Source: Candidatus Latescibacterota bacterium (lineage in GTDB: Bacteria; Latescibacterota; UBA2968). Taken from it: a stretch of DNA of 64,000 nucleotides. The notes under the pieces are model-generated. The model was not told the origin of the DNA. It was given only the letters and a program-made list of their open reading frames with translations, and searched no databases. The position numbers and the translations under genes were made by a program. Numbering within the stretch: the first letter of the stretch is position 1; every line of letters starts with the position of its first letter. The stretch lies in the NCBI GenBank assembly GCA_965205975.1, contig OZ242195.1, positions 4,608,001-4,672,000 on the forward strand. Direction: 5' to 3'. This document shows, one piece after another, positions 20,859-32,449 of this stretch.

Positions 20859-21785
20859 ATGGACAGTCTGTTTCACATAATTGAGGCGCAGCAATTTAGT
20901 CGAGATATCATGGATGAGATTTTTGGTGTGACGCGAGAGATGGAGAATGTGGTCAGCCGTTATGGTTCGAATATTTTGAATCGGCGGATTATGGCGACTT
21001 TATTTTACGAACCGAGTACGCGCACGCGGTTGTCTTTTGAAGCGGCGATGTATCGCCTGGGTGGCGAGGTGATTACTACAGAGAGTGCGCGGGAGTTTTC
21101 ATCAGCGGCAAAGGGTGAGACGCTGGAGGATACGATCCGTATTGTAGAGGGGTATTCCGATGTGATTGTGTTGCGGCACTACGAGAGCGGTTCTGCACGG
21201 CGGGCGGCAGAGGTGGCGTCGATCCCCATTCTCAATGCGGGTGACGGACCGGGGCAGCATCCCACGCAGGCACTTTTGGATGTGTACACGATTCAGAAGG
21301 AGATCGGCAGGTTAGATGGTATTCATGTGGCATTGGTCGGCGATCTGGCAAATGGCCGGACAGCGCGGTCACTGGCTTATTTGTTGACAAAGTACGAAGA
21401 TGTGAAGTTGTATTTTGTGGCGCCAGATATGGTGCGTATGAGAGATGATATCAAGGGGTATCTGACAGAACACGGGGTGGCGTTTGAGGAAGAAGACGAT
21501 CTGATGAGCGTGATGTCGAAGGTGGATGTGGTGTATCAGACGCGGATTCAGCGAGAGCGATTTGGCGATCGGATACAAGATTACGAGCGGGCGCGGGGAA
21601 AGTATATTATCGATGTGGAGACGATGTCGGCGCTTTCGGAGAATGCGATTGTGATGCATCCCCTGCCCCGGGTTGATGAGATTGATCCGGCTGTTGATAC
21701 AGATCCCCGTGCTGCGTATTTTCGCCAGGCACATAACGGTGTTTTTATTCGCATGGCGCTGTTGCAGATGGTGTTGGACGTGTGA
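20859..21785 (+). CDS. pyrB: Aspartate carbamoyltransferase catalytic subunit
   Basis: FYEPSTRTRLSF, HPTQALLD, YQTRIQRER, MHPLPR. Confidence 0.97.
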   Translation: MDSLFHIIEAQQFSRDIMDEIFGVTREMENVVSRYGSNILNRRIMATLFYEPSTRTRLSFEAAMYRLGGEVITTESAREFSSAAKGETLEDTIRIVEGYSDVIVLRHYESGSARRAAEVASIPILNAGDGPGQHPTQALLDVYTIQKEIGRLDGIHVALVGDLANGRTARSLAYLLTKYEDVKLYFVAPDMVRMRDDIKGYLTEHGVAFEEEDDLMSVMSKVDVVYQTRIQRERFGDRIQDYERARGKYIIDVETMSALSENAIVMHPLPRVDEIDPAVDTDPRAAYFRQAHNGVFIRMALLQMVLDV

Positions 21786-21790
21786 AAGGT

Positions 21791-22216
21791 TTAAGATAGG
21801 TTCTCAAGGTCTCTTTTAAATACCAGGAGTACAATAGCCCCAGATAGCGATTCCGTTACGGCAATCCGACTTTGTTTGTCGTAGAAAAATCCCGAAAAAT
21901 TTCGTCCTGACGTGGAAAATGTGATTTCAAATTTTGAATTTACAGCGTAATTCCCATCTGTCTCCCAAACACTCCGATCCGGACTGCCAAAGTGCGCATA
22001 TAAGCGATATGTTCTGTCCGGGTTTAATTCAATAAATCCAGTGGGCGGATTTTTTTCCGCTTCGCGATTTCGATAGACCAGAGCGTGTCCGCGGCCCGAA
22101 TCAATTGTAACTGCCTGCAATGTGTAAATCCCTGCCACGGCCTGTGGCGATGTGGGTAACTCCGCGCCACAGGTACTCAAGAGCAATCCCAAAAAAATAA
22201 TCGCGATCCGTTTCAT
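21791..22216 (-). CDS. Hypothetical lipoprotein (possibly lipocalin-like)
   Basis: MKR + hydrophobic stretch + LSTC lipobox; beta-rich body. Confidence 0.55.
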   Translation of the reverse strand: MKRIAIIFLGLLLSTCGAELPTSPQAVAGIYTLQAVTIDSGRGHALVYRNREAEKNPPTGFIELNPDRTYRLYAHFGSPDRSVWETDGNYAVNSKFEITFSTSGRNFSGFFYDKQSRIAVTESLSGAIVLLVFKRDLENLS

Positions 22217-22344
22217 AACAACCTGTCTCCAGGTGCTCTTTGCCGCTCAAATCATAAGTGTTCTAAATTAATCCAACTGCTTCGTTTATGCGAGTATTTT
22301 CTATCACCTTGACGGATTAGCAGTTGTGCGAGTATATTGTGCTT

Positions 22345-23265
22345 ATGATTTCTGATGAGATGAGAAGACGCATCGCCGCGCTCAATCGCCGCGACTTGAA
22401 ACACGCAGATGAGGTTTCGGAAGCCGAGGGGCAAGTAGAGCCTGAAGTTCGGTCTGTCCGTGGAGAGAGGCGCGCGCCCGATCCCGGTGAGTTGCGCGTG
22501 ATGGCTACTGCGTCCGATGCGCGATTGCATCTCGCGCTGGACGAGGTGACACAGGGCGAGGTGATTCATACACCCGCAGGTACATTTCTGTTGATTGATC
22601 AGACTGTTCAAGAGTTTCTGAGCGGTGGCGGGCGGGCGTTTGGTGCGCGATACGAACGCGCGATAAGCGCGTTACATGCGGGTAATGTGCCACACGATCC
22701 GTATGATACGTTTCATACTTTGATTGATGCACGCGCCGAAGATGTGATTTACGTCGATATTGAGACGACGGGGTTGACGGCTGGTACGCCGCTGTTTTTG
22801 ATTGGCGTGTTGGGGCATTTTGATGGCGATTTGCGCGTTGTGCAGTTGCTGGCGCGAGATTATACGGAAGAGGCTGCGTCGTTGTCGCATTTCGTCACAA
22901 TGTTAGATGCTTCGAGGGTGATTGTGAGCTTTAATGGCAAGTCGTATGATTTGCCCTATATCCGCGACCGGTGTTTGTTTATGGGTGTGCCGTTTCGGCT
23001 GCGACAGGCGCATATCGATATGTTGCATGTGGGGCGTCGTATATGGGGCAGGCAGTTACCCAATTGCAAGTTGCAGACTTTGGAACAATATATTTGCCGC
23101 CGCACCCGGCAAGGCGATATTCCAGGTGCTGAGATTCCCAATGCGTATCACCGATTTGTTAAGTCGGGAAATGCCGTGCAGATGCGCGATATTTTGCATC
23201 ACAATGCGCTGGATCTGCTGACGACGACAGAGGTGTTGTTGCGTGTGCTGGAGGGGGAGAGGTGA
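22345..23265 (+). CDS. RNase H-like (YprB/RNase_H_2) DEDD exonuclease-domain protein
   Basis: YVDIETTGL, SFNGKSYDLP, HIDMLH, HNALD. Confidence 0.85.
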   Translation: MISDEMRRRIAALNRRDLKHADEVSEAEGQVEPEVRSVRGERRAPDPGELRVMATASDARLHLALDEVTQGEVIHTPAGTFLLIDQTVQEFLSGGGRAFGARYERAISALHAGNVPHDPYDTFHTLIDARAEDVIYVDIETTGLTAGTPLFLIGVLGHFDGDLRVVQLLARDYTEEAASLSHFVTMLDASRVIVSFNGKSYDLPYIRDRCLFMGVPFRLRQAHIDMLHVGRRIWGRQLPNCKLQTLEQYICRRTRQGDIPGAEIPNAYHRFVKSGNAVQMRDILHHNALDLLTTTEVLLRVLEGER

Positions 23266-23275
23266 AGGGTGCCTT

Positions 23276-25683
<2,408 letters not shown>

Positions 25684-25735
25684 AATTGTAGCTGATTATA
25701 TTGTTTGGGATTATCACGAGAGGAGGAGGCGAGAT

Positions 25736-26395
25736 ATGAATATGCGGTGGATCATTGGTTTGTTTTTTGTCGGGTGTGTTATAGTACAACAGGTCTGGGC
25801 GGAGACGTCATTGGGGTTGCCGGTTGAGGGTGTGCAGACGATTGTGTTGCGCAATGAGGTGGGTAAGAATCAGATTCGGTTTGTGAGTTCGGCACCGCTG
25901 GAGGAGATCCACGGTACAGCGGCGGAGATTTCGGGCGAGTTGATACTGGATCCGACAAATTTGGAGGGTATGGCCGGGAAGATTGAGGTGCAGGTTGCGA
26001 GTATGGAGACGGGTATCGAGAAGCGTGACGCGCATTTGCATAGCGCGGATTGGTTGGATGAAAAACAGTTTCCGGTGATTGTGTTTGAGATTGCAGGGTT
26101 GAAGGATGTGTCTGTGGAGGGAGGAAAAGATAGGGCTGTGATTAAGGGTTTGGCAATGGGGACGTTTTCACTGCACGGCGTGGCGAAGGAGATGGAGATT
26201 CCTTTTGAGGCGACGTATTTGCTGGCGTCGGAGCAGACAAAGAAGCGCGCGCCAGGAGATTTTTTTGTGGTGAAGGGCGAGTTTCAGATTGCGTTGAAGG
26301 ATTTTGATATTGCAGGTGCGCGCGGGCTGGTGGGTAATCGGGTTGGGAAGAAGATCGATTTGAAGACAAATTTTTTTGGTTCTACAAGGCGGTGA
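25736..26395 (+). CDS. YceI family protein
   Basis: AGGAGG RBS; signal peptide; TGIEKRDAHLHSADW, LHGVAKE, DFDI. Confidence 0.9.
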   Translation: MNMRWIIGLFFVGCVIVQQVWAETSLGLPVEGVQTIVLRNEVGKNQIRFVSSAPLEEIHGTAAEISGELILDPTNLEGMAGKIEVQVASMETGIEKRDAHLHSADWLDEKQFPVIVFEIAGLKDVSVEGGKDRAVIKGLAMGTFSLHGVAKEMEIPFEATYLLASEQTKKRAPGDFFVVKGEFQIALKDFDIAGARGLVGNRVGKKIDLKTNFFGSTRR

Positions 26396-26425
26396 GACTG
26401 GAGACGTAAGACGGGAGAAACAACC

Positions 26426-26516
26426 GTAGGGGCGAGGCCTGCCTCGCCCGTCATTGTGGCCCCGTATAGAATCATTACGGGGCAGGCTATGGTTTTAGCT
26501 GCGATCCAGTGTTTGC
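26426..26516. repeat. GTAG-type REP abutting a GTCAT element that carries an inserted hairpin
   Basis: GTAGGGGCGAGGC-CT-GCCTCGCCC, then GTCAT..CCCCGTATAGAATCATTACGGGG..GCGATCCAGTGTTTGC. Confidence 0.65.
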
Positions 26517-26593
26517 GAACTGTGGATGGGAAAACTTGATATCCCAATCACAGTTTTTTTATAAAAATGCACTAATTCTGAAAAAAATGAAAA

Positions 26594-26631
26594 AATAAGA
26601 GATATTCGGAAGGAATAAGAGATATGCGGAA
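26594..26631 (+). promoter_or_regulatory. 18-bp direct repeat with 20-bp period, candidate regulator site
   Basis: AATAAGAGATATTCGGAA / AATAAGAGATATGCGGAA just upstream of TTGAAC..TATTAT. Confidence 0.5.
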
Positions 26632-26785
26632 TCTTTTTGGGTTGAACTTATAGACGCGATGGTATTATCATAAAAAAGCCGCTGGCAAGACTCGGCTAAG
26701 TCAACTGTCAGCGGCAGCAAATATCTCAAGCTGATAACTTGAGAAGGTTAAACAAAGGTAGCGACCTGAAGCGCGATTGTCAATG

Positions 26786-26831
26786 TGAATATAATGTTCA
26801 ATCGAAAATAGAAAAGTGAACGATGTGTTCA
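26786..26831 (+). promoter_or_regulatory. Tandem TGAAY-N5-GTTCA palindromes, candidate enhancer (UAS)
   Basis: TGAAT-ATAAT-GTTCA at 26786 and TGAAC-GATGT-GTTCA at 26817, 31 bp apart. Confidence 0.55.
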
Positions 26832-26929
26832 CTTCTCAATTCGATAGTCAGCTTGAACTTTATTCTACGATAATCTCTATATGGAATAAAAATAACGCCT
26901 TAAAAAAATTATCATTTGAACAATTCATA

Positions 26930-26946
26930 TTGGCATACATGTTGCA
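26930..26946 (+). promoter_or_regulatory. sigma54 (-24/-12) promoter
   Basis: TTGGCATACATGTTGCA = GG-N10-GC consensus, ~100 bp upstream of ATG 27048. Confidence 0.7.
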
Positions 26947-27047
26947 TGTATCTGTTTAAGCAGTAAAAAATCTGTTTTAAATCGTGTGGAAAGTCAGGCT
27001 CTAAGCCTCAAATATTTAGACAGCGTTTTATCGCACAGGAGAAAAAT

Positions 27048-27854
27048 ATGAACAAACAGAAAATACTGATTATAGATCACGATCCCGGCATTCTATCGAC
27101 CCTTGTCGGATTTCTGAGCGATGAACCTTATGATGTATGCACAGCGAGCAATGGGAAAGAAGGGCTTGAAATTTTGAGACGAGAGAAGATCGATCTCGCT
27201 ATCGCTGAAATGTATATGGGAGGTCTTGATGGGGTCGCGCTTTTGAAGTGCGTTGCAATAGAGAAAATTCAGACAAACGTCCTGATCATGGAAAGTGTTG
27301 TGCCCATGGAAGTAGCCGAAAAAATACTCAAGGCCGGTACTGCAGGCGTATTGGACAAACCGACCAATAAGGACAGATTTTTGGCAAAGATCAAAAACTG
27401 TATCCCACTAACTGAAGTGGAATACACCGGGGCGCGGGTCCGTCAAACATCTCGTTTACTGCCCAGATCCCTTCAACAGCCATTGAACGCTGGTCGAGAG
27501 AAGGTTTCACCAGAGGCGTTGGAATCATTTTTGGAGGAGCGTTACAGAGATCCAGGCCTGAAATTTGAAGACCTCACGCGCTGTTTTGATATCTCGCTAT
27601 CGCGTGGTCACGCGCTGTTCAGAAAATATTTTGACAGGACCTTCCGTGAAAAACTGAGGGAGGTCAGAATAGCGCAGGCAGAGCATTTTTTAACACACTC
27701 ATCACTGTTGATATATGAAATTGCACGCCTATGTGGGTTTCGCGGATCAAATCGTTTCTCCGAGGATTTCAAGAGGATACATGGCTTTTCTCCTACCCAG
27801 TATCGTAAAAAATTTATGCGCGGAGCAATTCAGTCGTTTTCGGAAGATGTTTGA
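27048..27854 (+). CDS. Atypical receiver domain + AraC-family HTH regulator
   Basis: KILIIDHD..DLAIAEMYM..DG..KP receiver fold with Asp replaced by Glu; C-terminal IYEIARLCGF..F...FKRIHGFSPTQYR. Confidence 0.85.
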   Translation: MNKQKILIIDHDPGILSTLVGFLSDEPYDVCTASNGKEGLEILRREKIDLAIAEMYMGGLDGVALLKCVAIEKIQTNVLIMESVVPMEVAEKILKAGTAGVLDKPTNKDRFLAKIKNCIPLTEVEYTGARVRQTSRLLPRSLQQPLNAGREKVSPEALESFLEERYRDPGLKFEDLTRCFDISLSRGHALFRKYFDRTFREKLREVRIAQAEHFLTHSSLLIYEIARLCGFRGSNRFSEDFKRIHGFSPTQYRKKFMRGAIQSFSEDV

Positions 27855-27909
27855 GTTGTATGTTCATTTGGTCGGTCTAATTCACTTTTAACAGTGGGCT
27901 GGATGAGTT

Positions 27910-29190
27910 ATGGCACAGAGTGAAAAGATTGTAAGGTTCAATGGCTATCCCCAAAAAGAGGTGTCTTTTGAAAACACAGAGGCGCGAGAGGCCCTCTCAA
28001 CTTCAGGAATTGGTTTCCGGTTTGTGCGCTATTTCTTGCTCACCATTTTGTGCGTGGTGGGTAGCATGGCCGCGCTGATTGGTCTTTTGGGCTGGCATCT
28101 GGGCATGGAAATCACGGTTGCAGGGCAAGGTCGCTTGCAGCCCACTGCGCGTTATGAAGTGAAAGCACAACGATCGGGCTTGATCCAGACTGTTCATGTG
28201 CAACACGGACAAGAGATTGCACAGGATGATTTGATGCTGACTTTGGATGATACCGATTTGCGTACGGAATTGGAACAACTCGAACATGAATTAGCGATGA
28301 ATCAGAGTCGGCGTGTGGCTCTGGTTGCAGAATTGCAACGCGAGCGTGCCGTTTTGGAGACAGAGATTGCAGGATCTGAAGTGGCGTATGAGACAGCGAG
28401 GTTGCAATTGGAACAGGTCCGGCAAGAATACCAGATCTACCGCAAATACGCGCCTTATCGCGAGGATGGGAGTGTGCGGCCGCCTGTTGATACCTTGATT
28501 CCCATTCGGGTACACCAGACGCGGGTACAGCGTACAAAAGTGGAGATTGAGCGGGCAAAACGGCGGCTGGTCGCTCTGGACAATCGCAAGCAGGAACACG
28601 AGATGCTAAAACAAACATACAAAAAATTACAGGTCAGCCATCGCCTTGTCAAAACTCGTATGGAACAAATGAAGATCTATGCCCCTGTTTCTGGAACTGT
28701 GTTGACGCGCGATTTGGATAAACGCGAGGGCGACCGCATAGAGGCGGGTGAAGCCGTGATTGAATTGGCCGAACTGCACAGTTGGCAAGCTGAGGTGATG
28801 ATTCAAGAAGTGGATATTCCAAAGGTGAAAGAGGGGCATAAGGTGCGGATATATGTGAATGCATTTCCCCATATGGAATACAAGATTTTTGAGGGAAGGG
28901 TGACAGATGTTCCGAGAAAACCCGAGCCTATCACACCTATGGGCGCCGGTCTCGTACCGGGCGGTATGAGTACTGTTTATCCGGTGAAGATTAGTGTGAT
29001 AGATCCACATTTATCTGACGGAGAATGTCCGCTTGCTTATGGCATGGGTGTGGAAGCTAAGATCGTGACAGAGCGCGGTCCTATCGTTGACTTGCTGTGG
29101 AAGAAGTTTCTGAAAACCGTAGGCAAAATCGGTCGCCCTGAGATTTATCGGTTGGAAGAATCTCCTGAAACTGCACAGATCAGGAACTGA
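27910..29190 (+). CDS. HlyD family membrane-fusion protein
   Basis: N-terminal TM, lipoyl-like half motifs, long coiled coil, IYAPVSGTV, GMGVEAKI. Confidence 0.92.
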   Translation: MAQSEKIVRFNGYPQKEVSFENTEAREALSTSGIGFRFVRYFLLTILCVVGSMAALIGLLGWHLGMEITVAGQGRLQPTARYEVKAQRSGLIQTVHVQHGQEIAQDDLMLTLDDTDLRTELEQLEHELAMNQSRRVALVAELQRERAVLETEIAGSEVAYETARLQLEQVRQEYQIYRKYAPYREDGSVRPPVDTLIPIRVHQTRVQRTKVEIERAKRRLVALDNRKQEHEMLKQTYKKLQVSHRLVKTRMEQMKIYAPVSGTVLTRDLDKREGDRIEAGEAVIELAELHSWQAEVMIQEVDIPKVKEGHKVRIYVNAFPHMEYKIFEGRVTDVPRKPEPITPMGAGLVPGGMSTVYPVKISVIDPHLSDGECPLAYGMGVEAKIVTERGPIVDLLWKKFLKTVGKIGRPEIYRLEESPETAQIRN

Positions 29191-29192
29191 AC

Positions 29193-30908
29193 GTGCGCCA
29201 AATACTCAAAATCATCAAAATGCTCCGTCCTTACTGGCGGTTTATCTTCCAGTCCCTCCTCGTGGGCATCATGGTTATGTTCTTACGAATCCCAGGACCG
29301 TATATCACTAAGGTTTTGATTGACGACGTGTATCCCCACAAAGATTACACGCTCCTGACCTTCATTCTGGTTATAGGTGCTGTGATTTCGACGGGATTGG
29401 GATTTACAAATTTGTTGAGCACTTATTTTAGTCGTTATGTGGGTGTCAACATGGGACTGGATTTCAAATCTCGATTTTATTCCCATGTGCAATCGCAGGA
29501 CTTCAGCTTTTTCGACAATCGGCAGACGGGAGAAATCCTGTCTCGATTCAGGGATATGGACAGATCTATTGGCAGTACCATTGGAATGGTGAACAGCCTG
29601 ATTATGAACACGCTTCAGTTGCTCATTTTCCCGCCCATTTTGCTCTACATCAATTGGAAACTCGCCTTACTCAGTCTGGCAGTGCTGCCTTTTGATACGG
29701 TATTGATTATCGTGTCAAAAAAATACCTCAGCAGGGTTTCAAAAAAATTGACCGAAGCCTCTGCCGAATTATCTGCCAAGTCCTATGAATCGCTTTCGGG
29801 CATTCGCACTGTGCAAGCACTGGGACTGGAAGCCGCATTTTATCACAAGCTCAGAGACATCTTTCTCAATGTTGCAAAATTGCGAATTCGATCAACCCAT
29901 TTAAGTGGTGGATTTGGGTTTATAGGATCGTTGGTGAAAACAGCGGGTACGTTGGCGTATGGTTGGTACGGTTGGACGCAAGTTCTATCGGGCAATCTCT
30001 CTCTGGGTAGTTATATGGCCTTTTCAGGTTATGTGGGGTATCTCTACGGTCCAATCGGCAATCTCATCGGTCTCGTGGGGCAGGTTGAAATGGCTCTGGT
30101 TCGCATCAATCGTTTTTTTGAAGTTTATGACTTGAGACCCGAAATTCAGGATCGTCCTGATATGCCCGCCTTGCCACAGGCCAGGGGCGAGATCGGTTTT
30201 CACGATGTGAGTTTTTCGTATCAGGAAGATCAACCCGTTTTGCACCACATCAACCTTCACATCCCTGCCCAGGCCACCATTGCACTGGTCGGCAAGAGTG
30301 GGTCTGGCAAATCAACACTTGCCAAATTGATCCCGAGATTTTATGATCCGCAAGAGGGATATGTGTCTATTGATGGGTACGATATTCGAAACTATCGCTT
30401 GAAATCCATCCGGCAGCAGGTTGGATTTGCGATGCAAGGCAGCACCTTGTTTCAAGGTAGTATTTTGGATAACCTGACCTTTGGACACGATATACCCCTG
30501 CGAGACGTCCAGGATGCGACACAGGCTGCGTACATCCACGACTTTATCGCATCATTGCCCGAAGGATATGAAACACTGGTAGGAGAACAGGGGGCGCAGA
30601 TGTCGGAAGGGCAGAAACAGCGCATTGCCCTATCGCGTGTGCTGTTGATGGACACGCCCATTTTGATTTTGGATGAGCCTACAGCCGCGCTGGATATGGA
30701 ATCCGAATATCACATCCAGGAGGCATTGAAAACCGTGCGACAAGGAAGGACAACAATCATCATCGCACATCGGCTTTCAACGATTCAAAATGCAGATGAG
30801 ATTGTGGTATTGGATGAGGGACAGATCGCAGAGCAGGGCACGCATGAATGGTTAGCCATGCAAGATGGGGCTTATGCCCGTTTATATGAAAAAACAGCGA
30901 GTATATGA
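29193..30908 (+). CDS. ABC exporter permease/ATPase without C39 peptidase domain
   Basis: GTG start; 6-TM domain; GKSGSGKS, MSEGQKQRIAL, LDEPT, IAHRLST. Confidence 0.93.
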   Translation: MRQILKIIKMLRPYWRFIFQSLLVGIMVMFLRIPGPYITKVLIDDVYPHKDYTLLTFILVIGAVISTGLGFTNLLSTYFSRYVGVNMGLDFKSRFYSHVQSQDFSFFDNRQTGEILSRFRDMDRSIGSTIGMVNSLIMNTLQLLIFPPILLYINWKLALLSLAVLPFDTVLIIVSKKYLSRVSKKLTEASAELSAKSYESLSGIRTVQALGLEAAFYHKLRDIFLNVAKLRIRSTHLSGGFGFIGSLVKTAGTLAYGWYGWTQVLSGNLSLGSYMAFSGYVGYLYGPIGNLIGLVGQVEMALVRINRFFEVYDLRPEIQDRPDMPALPQARGEIGFHDVSFSYQEDQPVLHHINLHIPAQATIALVGKSGSGKSTLAKLIPRFYDPQEGYVSIDGYDIRNYRLKSIRQQVGFAMQGSTLFQGSILDNLTFGHDIPLRDVQDATQAAYIHDFIASLPEGYETLVGEQGAQMSEGQKQRIALSRVLLMDTPILILDEPTAALDMESEYHIQEALKTVRQGRTTIIIAHRLSTIQNADEIVVLDEGQIAEQGTHEWLAMQDGAYARLYEKTASI

Positions 30909-31038
30909 TATGCAATGGTGTACAAAACGTCATTCCTGTCATCCCGTAGTGATGTAATATGGGATACAATACTGTTCCTGCTTGGGACAAGCGGGGGGCA
31001 GTTCATTAGGTCGTTGGGTCTTTATTTTTTAAAAGGAA

Positions 31039-31788
31039 ATGAAAATGCAAGATAGCAAAATAGATGTAGGTGATGATTTGGAATTTGATGATACTCAGCA
31101 ACTCCCTTGGTCAATTAAAAAATTAGTCCTGTGGTTGGTTTTATACTTGGTAATTAGTGTTGGTAGTGGTGCTCCCTTTGGCTTCTTAATGGCACATTTT
31201 AATCATGTCAATAAATGGGGTTTAACGGTTCAAGATATTGTACTTATCGGGCAAACATATCTCAATCTGGTTTTTATACTTGCCTTTCTTGCCTTTCTTA
31301 TATGGCGATGCAAGAAAGTGGATTTATCGCTCAGGACAATTTGGGGGAGCTATGCTCCTCAAGTTCAATATATCATTTTTGCCTTAACTTACGGGGTTTT
31401 AATGTCCCTTTTATGGAACTGGAAAGTCGTAAATTTTGACACTCCTCCCCCCAAATATCCTGATGCGATATTTTATGGCTACGTGATAGTTGCAGGTCTT
31501 TTCGGTCCCTTTATAGAAGAATTATACTTTCGCGGCCTGCTGTATAGAACCTTGTGCAAACGTTATGTGGAACGAAATGCTATTTTGATTTCAGCCGTCA
31601 TTTTTGCAGCGTACCATTTTCAATACTGGTTAGAGATTACGAATCTCCTCTTCGTATTTTTGTTTGGTGTTGTGACAGCATTTTTGGTAAGACGTACAAA
31701 TTCACTTACTGCCAGCTTTTTGCTTCACTCTATTGCAAATTTGATCCATGTGGTGGTTTTTCAGTATAGAGAATTTTTTTTGCTGTAA
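31039..31788 (+). CDS. CPBP/CAAX (Abi) family intramembrane glutamic endopeptidase
   Basis: PFIEELYFRG, FAAYH, HSIAN motifs; multi-TM; AT-rich. Confidence 0.9.
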   Translation: MKMQDSKIDVGDDLEFDDTQQLPWSIKKLVLWLVLYLVISVGSGAPFGFLMAHFNHVNKWGLTVQDIVLIGQTYLNLVFILAFLAFLIWRCKKVDLSLRTIWGSYAPQVQYIIFALTYGVLMSLLWNWKVVNFDTPPPKYPDAIFYGYVIVAGLFGPFIEELYFRGLLYRTLCKRYVERNAILISAVIFAAYHFQYWLEITNLLFVFLFGVVTAFLVRRTNSLTASFLLHSIANLIHVVVFQYREFFLL

Positions 31789-31826
31789 TAAGAGGTCATC
31801 ATCACTTTTCAAGAAAGGAGCAAACC

Positions 31827-32249
31827 ATGAGATTTCTCAAAAAAATCTCGCTATCTCCGTATGCAGATAGCATTCACAATGTTATAGCATATTCAGGAGA
31901 AGAAGAAGATTATAGAGACGACCTTGACCTTTGGGCGCAAGGAGATGCAGAAACTCAAGCAGGCCGAGATGAGGCAATTGCTGGTTTTCAGGCAGCGGTA
32001 GCTGAGAGAGAGGCTGAGAGAGAGGCTGAGAGAGAGCTTGCCCAGTCTCTCGAATATTATCAGCGTCAACTGTGTATCCAAGAGGCACATGAAGATGCCG
32101 CAGATATAGTTGCAGTAAGCGCGGCAGGTGGTGTTATTCTAGGTGGGGGAACAGGAGCACTAATTGGTGGGGGTGTGGCGGCATACGCAGGCTGCTATAA
32201 AAGTTGCCATGATCAAAGTCCTCCATCGGGATGTAACGATGGTGGTTAG
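31827..32249 (+). CDS. Putative bacteriocin/RiPP precursor (acidic N-region, Gly-zipper and Cys-containing C-region)
   Basis: AAAGGAG RBS; 140 aa; AAGGVILGGGTGALIGGGVAAYAGCYKSC; lies between exporter/Abi genes and the enzyme genes. Confidence 0.6.
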   Translation: MRFLKKISLSPYADSIHNVIAYSGEEEDYRDDLDLWAQGDAETQAGRDEAIAGFQAAVAEREAEREAERELAQSLEYYQRQLCIQEAHEDAADIVAVSAAGGVILGGGTGALIGGGVAAYAGCYKSCHDQSPPSGCNDGG

Positions 32250-32315
32250 ATCAAATCTGAGATTTGATCGCTGACAGCCGATCCGAAAAACTAAAATAGA
32301 TGGCCTCTGAACATC

Positions 32316-32364
32316 GGGTGTTCAATGCTTACCGAATTGTCAAACAGGTAAGTGTTGAACACTC
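32316..32364 (+). other. 18-bp RNA stem-loop downstream of the precursor gene
   Basis: GGGTGTTCAATGCTTACC pairs with GGTAAGTGTTGAACACTC using G-U pairs; no U-tract; smaller hairpin at 32249-32269. Confidence 0.65.
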
Positions 32365-32449
32365 ATAATAAATTTCTCGATGATTGTGAAAACCAATCCC
32401 TTAGCCGCTAACTTCGTTATGTCAATAGTGATTCAGGGGATAGACAAGT

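Noticed and set aside
31827..32249. Lanthipeptide, sactipeptide or double-glycine bacteriocin assignment
   Set aside because: No LanB/C/M, radical SAM, YcaO or C39 peptidase domain in the cluster.
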